NCBI GenBank assembly: GCA_052426225.1
Contig: JBNJNM010000012.1
Location: forward strand, 930,001 to 994,000
From: Zancudomyces culisetae HAW-14-8
Taxonomy: Eukaryota > Fungi > Kickxellomycota
Direction of reading: 5' to 3'
Length of the DNA: 64,000 nt
In this document: positions 1 through 9,416 of the stretch, one piece after another
Numbering within the stretch: position 1 is the first letter of the stretch
Layout of the letters: each line of letters begins with the position of its first letter
Program-made: the position numbers and the translations under genes
The notes under the pieces: generated by a model
Told to the model about the DNA's origin: nothing
Database searches by the model: none
The model's input: the letters and a program-made list of their open reading frames with translations, nothing else

Positions 1-3000
1 TTTCATCGTCAAATCAACCTTGGATGTCTGTAATAGCTGTTTGTTGGCACTTTTATAATATACTAGTGCTTTCTGACCTATGCGTTTATTTATTTTAAAA
101 GAATTGTATTCAATCGAAATATTATTCATTTAGATAATTCATGTACAAGAATTGTTGTTGTTAAATTTACCATTAGAAGGTTTGGGTAGGTATAAAGCTT
201 TTAGGCCTAAAATATTCACAGTATTTCTTATTATGAAGTATTTCGCAAAGAGTACTTCCTTTATTGCTTTAAGAATCGAGGTATATGCTAAAGTACCAAA
301 ATATAAGAGTGTATAACTTTTACTTTCACTTACCCGCTTGTTCATCATTTCCGATACTTGGTGAAATTAGTACATTTAATTTGCTGTTATTCGTTGCCAT
401 ACTCTATGGTTTATTGTCGGTGTATAAATTGCAAGGTCTGTTTTCGTGGTTTTAAAGGTAAATCTCGATTTAGTTGGTCTATGTTTTAAATTCTTGAATT
501 TATTTACATTAAAAGATGGTAGAATTTAGTTCAAATCAATCTAAGGTCTCAAAAATAAGCAAAACATTTGTGGCCAATTGGCTCTGGAACGCTAGATCAA
601 AAGATTGTGCATAATTCACCCAAATCTGTGTTGTGAGATTTCGTTGTTTATTACTAAAAAAATGTAACACAAGCTAATAGGGCTAAATGTACTTATTTAG
701 GCAGACATAGTTTGTGAGCTGAACTCCAAAACAGGTTAATGCCAAATTTTCCCTAATATTTCTATGAAAGTGGTAAATGCCCATAATCACTGCCGTGGCA
801 TCAGTTTAAAAAATATATCTATTTTGCAATAGTTGTTATACCTACAGATTGAATAATTTTGTGGAGGTAAAAAAAGTTCATAAACTGACATGTTTAGGCA
901 TTACTCTGCGATCTAACTTGAGATTTGCATTTCACAAGTATAACTATTTTACTAAATCGAATTGAAAAAGATAAAAAAAAATACTGTCATTTCTAATATG
1001 TAATTTTTGTGCATACTTCAGAACAATATTGTATAAATGCCAATGGTTTGGATAACAAAAGTAATATCCAGAAGTTCCAAATTCAAATCTAGCTAATGTC
1101 AAAAAATTGTCACTAGGTAACAAAGATAGCATTTAAGCATAGTATTCTACTATCCGCTTAAAACAAATTTGAGAGTTACAACGATTGTATTGAAAAAAAT
1201 AAGAGACAAATCGACTTTGAGAAAAATCAATATATATAATGTTTAAGGCATTGTACATATGCAATTTTATCATTATGGCCTACTTCAACTCTAAAATTCA
1301 AGATCAATATATTAAGATGGATTTATACAAGTGTTTTAAAAAATATATTTTTTCATACAGTGAAAATACACTAACTATGAATAATAAATACAGTTCAGTA
1401 ACACAAGTCACCTATAAGGAGCGGAGAAAAAGGTGCAATGTGTCAAAGGAGAATATTAGGACAGGTAAACATAAATTCTGGCTTTTAAACACTAACACGA
1501 ATTTCTAATTTTAACACAAGTTTAAACCTATACAGTTATCAGAGCAATTGAGGATAATGTCCCCACAGTTACAAAAGATATTCCAGAACATATAACCAAA
1601 TCCGAGAACAACCGTGAGCTGAAACGTCTAAACTCAATAATTATAGTTTACCCTTATATTAACGATTAAATAAAAATATATACATGATAGGCAACATAAC
1701 AGCTATATTAAAAAAAAAAGATACAAATGTAAAAACGAAAAAGCATGAATCAACCTATGATACCAATTCTCCTAGGGTAAAAGCTGAGCAAGAGTATTTT
1801 TTCAAGCCTTCCAACATAAATGGGGATACTCACTTAGCTGTAACAAGTATGAACATTGGACTCATAAAAATGTATGTTTTTATTATCAGAAACAAAAAGA
1901 ATTCAACAAGATTAATAAACATAGCTTGTGTACAAATAGAAGCAATATAGAAAACAAGCCCAAACGCAAAAAAAAGTTAGATAGATATGCAAGTCATCAG
2001 AGAAATATTAAAAAATCAACCAAAGGAAGATGTATTTATAGCGGTGTAGAATTAATTCACCTACCACTTGATGGTATGGGAAAGAATAGCCCTAAGCGTC
2101 TACTTTCAGATAACACAAACGATCTTGGGGCAAGTTCTCAGTTTATAACAATAAAGCCTACAAAAAGGAAAAAGAAGTTCAAGCTGACCTTACCTAAGAG
2201 ATTAAATAAAAATAGTAAAAAAGGTTCTGGGTTAGATGAGCTACAAAAAGTTGTGGGTGCGCAGACTTGGAAAACTAAAAAGGGAAATACATTAAATTTT
2301 GTAGCAGAATCAAAGGAACCAACGATGATTCTTGATCAACCAATTTCCGAAAATGGCGAAGATGATGAACTGAGTATTGACAGCGTAGGCAATTGTAGGG
2401 ATTTTGTCAGTATTTTTTGAAGCGTTAAATGCAACTTTTTACAGTGCTCGATTAATAAAAAGAAGTCCAGGTTTAATAAACCGAGACTATATATTATACT
2501 AGCTGAATTTTGTCATTGTTAGTGGTTAGCTCTAGGAAGAAGAAACGATCGCATTTAGTGCGGGATCTTTCAAAATATTCCGAAAAGATTGATTGAAATA
2601 GGCTACAATCAGGTTTATTCAAATATAAGCAAAAGAAATCAAACCAAAATAAAGTGAGGGTAGCCTAACAAAATATTTTTCAGAGATAAATGAAAAAAGA
2701 CACTTTAAAAATACGATAAAAATAAACATTTCCCAAAGAGAAAAACAGTGAATAAATCACAAAAGGTTTATTTGGGTTTGGATTGTGAAGTACTCGAAGC
2801 AGAGCCGGCCTCTTTCTATTGTAGAATAAATCTGGGTGAATATAGAGTAAATTTGAAATTAAATTTAGATTACCTCTTGCTGCTTTTTCTAAAATATAAA
2901 CAATAAAAGATAATTAGCATATAGTACTTGGACAGTTAAAATGAGATAAAAGCTAAAATGAATTACAAAAGAATATAGGAAAATAAATCTTACAAGTTGC

Positions 3001-3989
3001 TTCTGCCTCATGATTTCTGCATCCCTATTAGAAAAAAAAAGTTATTATTGAACAGTAAATGGCAGTAAAAGTATAGAAAGTACCTTTCTTTTCTAGAGGT
3101 CAAACTTATATCATCCTTTTTCTGACCCTTGGCCAGTTTCTCTAGTTTTTTTCTGTTTTTTTCTCTTGCTAGATCTCTTTGATTTCCGCCTAGTATAGTA
3201 ACAAAAAGTTAAGTATATATCATTATACAAAATTATAGATAACTTACGAGTCATTTTCGAATCTCAAGAATAAAGCTCAATTCACAAAACATAAATTAAA
3301 GAAAAATAAAAAACCAGGATGGTTTATAAATAATTGTTAAAATATTAATATATGTTTAATTGGGGTAAATAGTCTAAAAAAAATGAGTGAAGGCAATTCA
3401 ATTAATGAAGTAGAAACTAATTGGTCAAAAATACTTCCAAACCGAATATGCTATTTTGGAGTATTAGGTTTTATAACTTTTTGATAGCAAATTAAGTTTT
3501 AAAACAAATACACCTAATAACCAATTAAATTGAAATAATTCTAAAAGATAAATAATAGGTATTAAAAACATGAAATATATGCAAACTGAAATAAATCTAA
3601 CCATTTAGCGATAGTAAATGAAAGATATACAAGTAAATTAAAATAAATTAACATAAGGTGATATACACAAAAATGAATTATAAGACTAGATACTAAGATC
3701 CATAAGATCTGAGCTATACAAAGTTCATAAAAAATTATCAAGTTAAGTATGAACAATAAGTTAATCTTATTAATATTGAAACTAGAGTTAAAATTCAACA
3801 TCAAGATCTTAAAATTAGTTGATAAAATGTAATAATAAATAATGAAATTATGAAAATTATTGGTAAGAGAGATAAATCGAAATAACGACTTTATAATATT
3901 ATAGATGATTCTGTAAAATAATAATATAAACTAATAATGTTTAGTAAAATAAAAATAGTAAAAATTTTTTAATTATACATGAATAATGT

Positions 3990-3997
3990 AAAAAAAA
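3990..3997 (-). terminator. Pol III oligo-dT terminator of tRNA-Thr
   Basis: TTTTTTTT on the minus strand, 2 nt after the discriminator base. Confidence 0.85.
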
Positions 3998-3999
3998 CG

Positions 4000-4072
4000 T
4001 GCCTTCTGTCGGAATCGAACCGACGACCTTCTGCTTACTAGGCAGACGCTCTGCCAACTGAGCCAAGAAGGC
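4000..4072 (-). tRNA. tRNA-Thr (anticodon AGT)
   Basis: Reverse complement GCCTTCT TG GCTC AGTTGGCA GAGC G TCTGC CT-AGT-AA GCAGA AGGTC GTCGG TTCGATT CCGAC AGAAGGC A folds as a full cloverleaf; no encoded CCA; T8 run just downstream (A8 at 3990-3997). Confidence 0.97.
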
Positions 4073-4079
4073 GTTGTGT

Positions 4080-4468
4080 TGTCGGAATTTATTTTCCATT
4101 TGTCGGTCTTATCCGACTTTACTGCTTTCACTAGTATTATGTTTATTTACTACCAGTAAGCGGTAGGACCTTAGTTCTTTTGTTAATATTGTTTTATTAT
4201 AATAAAGTGTATACTAAATACTAATCCGAAAATAAGATGCTAAAAACATAGAAGAGAAAAAGCAGTGCTTAAATGCATTTTCCTCGTATATACTAATATA
4301 TTAAAATACTATGAATAATATAAAAACCATCCGAAATTAATTAATATTTGGGAAATGATGATTTACGCATAGTGAAAAACCTCATAGGTGAAAAGCACTA
4401 GGTAAATCATCACATCTCACTCGCTATAACCCGAGTGAGACGCCCATCTGTCGATCTTTGATGCGACA
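4080..4468 (-). repeat. Family A 3' LTR (389 bp)
   Basis: TGTCGG...GCGACA, adjacent to the PPT (AAAGGGGGGGGAGAAC on minus strand, ~4469-4484). Confidence 0.95.
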
Positions 4469-4482
4469 GTTCTCCCCCCCCT

Positions 4483-7400
4483 TTAAGCGCGAATTGAAGG
4501 GTCGCGAATTTGTTTGAATCTTCTAAGTCGAGTTTGCAGTCGTGGGCCTACATCTGGAATCATGTGCTCGGATTCGCGGTACAGTTTCAGGCTGTCTCCA
4601 TTACACAGTTCTCTTCTTCCTGTGTTATCAGTAATTACATAAACCCCTTTGTTTAACTCCCTAGTAATTTGGTATGGTCCTTCCCATGTTTTGCCTAGCT
4701 TTAACTTATCTCCTTCTACTAACCTAAGTACAGTATTACCAATATTAAATTTAAATATCTTTACTCTCTTATTATAGCTTTTTTCATCACGCTTTTTTGC
4801 TACTAGGTTATGCTGGTGAGCTAATTTTCTAAGTTCGGGTAATTGGTCGTTTATGGCTAAAATACGAGAATTGACTAGCTCTTCTTCGTTCTCTATCTCG
4901 CCATTATATTTCCATGTTGTTGATAACTGTGGTTGAATTCCATATAGTAACTGTGCTGGACTATATTTAGTCGATTTGGATACCAATGTTCTTATTATCA
5001 ATAATGATTTCCAAAGAAAAAGATCCCAATTTTTCATGTCAGTCCTACATTGTTTCCGTAAAGTATTCTTAAGTGTCTGGTTTAACCTCTCTACCTGGCC
5101 GTTACTTTGCGGTCGGTAGGAGGTACTCGGAGTGTGTTCAACTCCTAACCAATTGAATACATTAGTGGTAGCCTCACTTACGAAGCCGGAGCCTCGATCG
5201 GTTATTATCTGCTGCGGAATGCCATAATGCTGAATAATATGGTTCATGATGAAGCTGATAATTGTTTCACTGGTGATGTTAGAGACTGCTGCCGCTACAG
5301 GCCATTTTGTGCAATAATCTATTGCAGTCAAAATGTACCTATTGCCACTTTCTGTTACAGGTGAAATAGGACCCACGGCGTCTATGCCGAAAATTTCGAA
5401 TGGTCTTGAGCTTATAATCGGTTCCAATTCATGTTTTCTAGATTTTCCTCCATCATAAAACTGACATGTATTACATGTTTTTACTACCTTCTCAACAACT
5501 TTGAATAACCCTCTTCCACAGTATTTTTCGGTAACTCTTCTCAGTGTACTTCTAATGCCCTCATGACATTCGTCATGTATTTTCCTCACCTCTAACTCAA
5601 CATTAACTTCATGTAATAATTCTTTGTACTGTTGTCCAACTTTCTTATAAAGCTTCCCTCCTTTGACTAAAACTTGTTTGGCTCTATTCCTTACTTTATT
5701 CCTGATTTCCGGTGTTGCATTGTGTGGATACTCTGAGGTGCTGATAAAATGTTTAATTGCTTCGTACCATGCCAAATCAATTGAATAAACTTCTAAGGGT
5801 TCCTCGTTTGCTACGGTTAAAGGATTACGTGATAAGATATCCGCTGGGTTTGTGCTACCCGCTATGTGTTCCAAGTCGTAATCATAGTTACGCAAAATCA
5901 TGGCCCACCGGGCCAGCCTACCTGTGATTTCTGCGCTGTTGAATAGTTGCATAAGTGATTTGTGATCGGTTCGTATTGTAAACCTGGTTCCCCAAATGTA
6001 GTACTTAAATTTTGTCACAGCCCACACCACTGCAAGTCCTTCGAGGTGTGAGATGGAATAATTCTGTTCGTGAACGTTTGTGGTTCTGCTGATATATTCG
6101 ATTGGTCTCTCACCAGTTGCAGTCATTTGTGATAAAATTGCGCCTATACCGTTTTTGCTTGCGTCTGTGGTTATGACAAATGGCTTTGTCCAGTCCGGAT
6201 GTATTAGAACAGGTGCTTCCATCAATTCCTGCTTCAAAATATTTAGTGACTCTTGTTTCTCATTGTCCCAACTCCATGCTGTATTTTTTCTTAATAATGT
6301 TGTAAGTGGTTTAGCGATGCTCGCAAAGTTGTTTACAAATTTACGGTAGTAACCTAATAATCCCAATACTGATTGTAATTCTTTAACATTAGTTGGTGCT
6401 ATTATTTTACTTATTGATTCAACTTTACTTTTACTGGTTGAAATTCCCTTGTCACTAATGTGGTGACCTAAATACTCGATTTCCCTTTTTCCAATATGAC
6501 ACTTGTCTCTATGCAGTTGGATTTTTTGCGTTTTAAATAGGTTAAATACTGTCCTAAGATCTTCTTTGTGCTGTTCTGGAGAGTCAGAAAACACAACTAC
6601 ATCATCTACAAAAACTATTGCTGACTTCCACAAAACTGGGGACAGGACCTTCTCCATGGTCCTTTGAAACGTTGCCGGGCTGTTGGTTAAGCCAAACGGC
6701 ATGACGTTATAATGGAAGCTTCCGTGTCCTGGAATGGAGAACGCTGTCTTCTCTTTATCCTGTTCTCTTAATTTGATCTGCCAAAACCCACTCATGGCGT
6801 CAAGTGTGCTAAATATTCTAGCACCTGACAACGCCATGAATAGGTCTTCCACCGATGGGAGAGGGTACGCGTCTTTCTTGGTTATAGCATTAAGACGTCT
6901 GTAGTCTGTACAGATCCTCATCTTCCCGTTTTTCTTCCACACCACCACCAGTGGAGAACACCAATCCGATTGCGATGGTGATATGATTTTTTTTTCTTCC
7001 ATGAGCTTAAGTTCCTTTTTAACTTCCTCTTGCAATGTTTTGGGTATTCTATAAGGTCGGAGCTTGATTGGATTATTATCAGTTAATGTAATTATATGTT
7101 CGGCTACTGTTGTTTGTGTTAGCTCTTGCAGATCACTTACAAAAATATCTTTATATTCTTCCAAAAGATCTGTATACATATTTTTTAAAATAATGTCTTC
7201 ATCTGATTCACTTTGACATTCTTTTAATAAAAAATAGACCTCCGTTTCTTTGTGATTACTTAATTCGACTGGTATAAAAAGATTAAGCATTATGTGGATA
7301 TCCGAATTTTCCAGAGGTAGTATTAACTTTGGAACTGAAAGATCAATTTTTACTTTATATTTTACGAGCCAATCGGTTCCTAAAATAAGCGCATCGTCAT

Positions 7401-8856
7401 CACGGTTGATAATCAGTAAGTTTATTGGAAAAGTTGTATCTGATATTTTTATAGGTACGTCATGTACAATACCCAGTACCGGATGGCGATTGCCGTCTGC
7501 TGTGATTATAGACTGAGTACTTTTCTTGTCCGCCTCAATTCCACATTTATTTAATAATTTTAAAGTTATTATCGAGCATGCAGCTCCTGTATCGATTACG
7601 GCAGCCGCTACTACTCCAAAAATAGTTACTTTAACCTTACAGTTTGTGCTTTGCATGCTGTCAACGACTAACTCGTTAACGTCGGGCCGCCTTGCCGAAA
7701 TTCCAAACGTGTAAAACTCGTCGCACATTGCTGGAGAAATATCCAAAAGTTGAGGTAAGGATATTTTGATCTGCATTTTTTTCAACTCTTCGGCCAGTGA
7801 AAACTCGTTTTTACTAGCTGCTCTAATATTTGTGTTGTTATTAGTATCTGCAAGTAAGTTTGTTGGATCACTGGGTTCAATATTTTGCAATGAAACTTGT
7901 CCTTCTTGGTTATTATTTTTACTACGTTTTCCGCTTTCCCTCTGTGAACTTTCACTCTCTCTGCGGCGTTTCTCAAGTGCAAAAACTTCTTCATCAACGT
8001 TCCCCGCTTCTTCTACTAACTCCACTATATTCACATTTGGGTTAGTTACCTTTTGGTCCTCGCGGTTGTTTGTACCACCATTTCTTCTTCTGCACTCATA
8101 TTTATTATGCCCTCGTATTCCGCAAGATTCACACACAATCTTGTTATACTGTCCTTGTCTCCTATCACGTTCATCTCGCTCCTTGAACCTACACTCGATT
8201 AATTTATCTACGTCTGCATTAATATCTGCACGCTGTGCTGCAAATAATTTCTCCAACCTGCCTAGCAACCTGTCCTCAATCTTGCTTTCCAATTCTTCTT
8301 CTTTTATTTGCGTCTTCTCCATAACTGGCCCTACTGAAATTCCAGTATATCTTTGTGTACTGTCCTTAACGACAACTTTGTTCACTTGTTTTGTAGTTAA
8401 AAGGTTTTTAATCAGAACAAAAGCCTCTTCCCATGTTTTGGGATTGGTACTGTTTATTTGGGTTCTCAGTGATGTGTTAATTGTTCTTACAAAACAATTA
8501 AGTTTGTAGTCATCATCCTTAATTCCTGCCCTCTCAAATAACTCCTCTAACTCCCATTCAAACTCATCCATGTCCTGGTATTCGTCTAACTTCATTCCGT
8601 TGAGTTTCTCCCACACTGCATACTTGCTGTCCTCTTCTTTGAACTTGTTTGTAAACATTGTCTTAGTGGTTTCCCAGTTATTGAATTTTCCTTTGTACTT
8701 CCTAAACCAAATGGTCTCCTTGGTTCCTAAGTAAATGCGCATAAACTCCACTTTCTCTGTATCACTCCACCTGTTGTACGATGCTAATAACTCGTAGTCT
8801 TCAATCCATTCTGTAGCATCCATCATGGATTTGGAATCAAATTTTGGTAACTGCAT
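4483..8856 (-). CDS. Gag-Pol polyprotein, family A copy 1 (Gag, CCHC knuckle, protease, RT, RNase H, integrase)
   Basis: CESCGIRGHNKYEC; DTGA protease; MPFGL...FVDD RT; TDAS RNase H; H-H-C-C plus DAVGP/TDRG/ERLN integrase; GPY. The ORF track starts at a GTG inside the LTR (9066); the first ATG (MQLPKFD, 8856) aligns with the Gag starts of the other families. Confidence 0.93.
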   Translation of the reverse strand: MQLPKFDSKSMMDATEWIEDYELLASYNRWSDTEKVEFMRIYLGTKETIWFRKYKGKFNNWETTKTMFTNKFKEEDSKYAVWEKLNGMKLDEYQDMDEFEWELEELFERAGIKDDDYKLNCFVRTINTSLRTQINSTNPKTWEEAFVLIKNLLTTKQVNKVVVKDSTQRYTGISVGPVMEKTQIKEEELESKIEDRLLGRLEKLFAAQRADINADVDKLIECRFKERDERDRRQGQYNKIVCESCGIRGHNKYECRRRNGGTNNREDQKVTNPNVNIVELVEEAGNVDEEVFALEKRRRESESSQRESGKRSKNNNQEGQVSLQNIEPSDPTNLLADTNNNTNIRAASKNEFSLAEELKKMQIKISLPQLLDISPAMCDEFYTFGISARRPDVNELVVDSMQSTNCKVKVTIFGVVAAAVIDTGAACSIITLKLLNKCGIEADKKSTQSIITADGNRHPVLGIVHDVPIKISDTTFPINLLIINRDDDALILGTDWLVKYKVKIDLSVPKLILPLENSDIHIMLNLFIPVELSNHKETEVYFLLKECQSESDEDIILKNMYTDLLEEYKDIFVSDLQELTQTTVAEHIITLTDNNPIKLRPYRIPKTLQEEVKKELKLMEEKKIISPSQSDWCSPLVVVWKKNGKMRICTDYRRLNAITKKDAYPLPSVEDLFMALSGARIFSTLDAMSGFWQIKLREQDKEKTAFSIPGHGSFHYNVMPFGLTNSPATFQRTMEKVLSPVLWKSAIVFVDDVVVFSDSPEQHKEDLRTVFNLFKTQKIQLHRDKCHIGKREIEYLGHHISDKGISTSKSKVESISKIIAPTNVKELQSVLGLLGYYRKFVNNFASIAKPLTTLLRKNTAWSWDNEKQESLNILKQELMEAPVLIHPDWTKPFVITTDASKNGIGAILSQMTATGERPIEYISRTTNVHEQNYSISHLEGLAVVWAVTKFKYYIWGTRFTIRTDHKSLMQLFNSAEITGRLARWAMILRNYDYDLEHIAGSTNPADILSRNPLTVANEEPLEVYSIDLAWYEAIKHFISTSEYPHNATPEIRNKVRNRAKQVLVKGGKLYKKVGQQYKELLHEVNVELEVRKIHDECHEGIRSTLRRVTEKYCGRGLFKVVEKVVKTCNTCQFYDGGKSRKHELEPIISSRPFEIFGIDAVGPISPVTESGNRYILTAIDYCTKWPVAAAVSNITSETIISFIMNHIIQHYGIPQQIITDRGSGFVSEATTNVFNWLGVEHTPSTSYRPQSNGQVERLNQTLKNTLRKQCRTDMKNWDLFLWKSLLIIRTLVSKSTKYSPAQLLYGIQPQLSTTWKYNGEIENEEELVNSRILAINDQLPELRKLAHQHNLVAKKRDEKSYNKRVKIFKFNIGNTVLRLVEGDKLKLGKTWEGPYQITRELNKGVYVITDNTGRRELCNGDSLKLYRESEHMIPDVGPRLQTRLRRFKQIRDPSIRA

Positions 8857-8995
8857 GATTTCTGGTCTCTTAGAATTGACAAATTCTCGTAGTGTCTTAG
8901 TATTGGTAATACTTTCGACAACTGTGTGCTGGTTAATTAATACTTTATTATTATTTTTTGAATTTTTATTTTCTTTATTAAGATGTTTTTGGCTG

Positions 8996-9013
8996 TCCCC
9001 GGTCAAGCCCCCA
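8996..9013 (-). promoter_or_regulatory. Primer-binding site, tRNA-Pro-like (family A)
   Basis: TGGGGGCTTGACCGGGGA, 1 nt after the LTR; resembles the classical tRNA-Pro PBS TGGGGGCTCGTCCGGGAT. Second copy at 13930-13947. Confidence 0.8.
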
Positions 9014-9014
9014 C

Positions 9015-9402
9015 TGTCGGAATTTATTTTCCGTTTGTCGGTCTTATCCGACTTTACTGCTTTCACTAGTATTATGTTTATTTACTACCAGTAAGCGGTA
9101 GGACCTTAGTTCTTTTGTAATATTGTTTTATTATAATAAAGTGTATACTAAATACTAATCCGAAAATAAGATGCTAAAAACATAGAAGAGAAAAAGCAGT
9201 GCTTAAATGCATTTTCCTCGTATATACTAATATATTAAAATACTATGAATAATATAAAAACCATCCGAAATTAATTAATATTTGGGAAATGATGATTTAC
9301 GCATAGTGAAAAACCTCATAGGTGAAAAGCACTAGGTAAATCATCACATCTCACTCGCTATAACCCGAGTGAGACGCCCATCTGTCGATCTTTGATGCGA
9401 CA
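9015..9402 (-). repeat. Family A shared middle LTR (388 bp)
   Basis: Matches the flanking LTRs apart from a 1-bp deletion near 9118 (TTGTAA vs TTGTTAA); PBS on one side and PPT on the other. Confidence 0.95.
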
Positions 9403-9416
9403 GTTCTCCCCCCCCT

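Noticed and set aside
1239-2420. Short Lys-rich ORFs (89, 88, 164 aa) as a host gene
   Set aside because: No recognisable motif, a non-ATG start for the longest, and fragmented frames; could be a decayed or spliced gene but this is not supportable from sequence alone.
6595-6615. F(V/I)DD instead of YxDD as a novel RT active site
   Set aside because: A useful clade marker here, but FxDD is known in other Gypsy lineages.
7766-8509. Antisense ORFs within gag-pol (247 aa here, 218 aa at 55487, and others)
   Set aside because: Shadow frames of the coding strand with no domain signal.
8857-9066. 70-aa N-terminal extension of family A Gag starting at a GTG in the LTR
   Set aside because: No ATG, runs through U5 and the PBS, and has no counterpart in families B or C.
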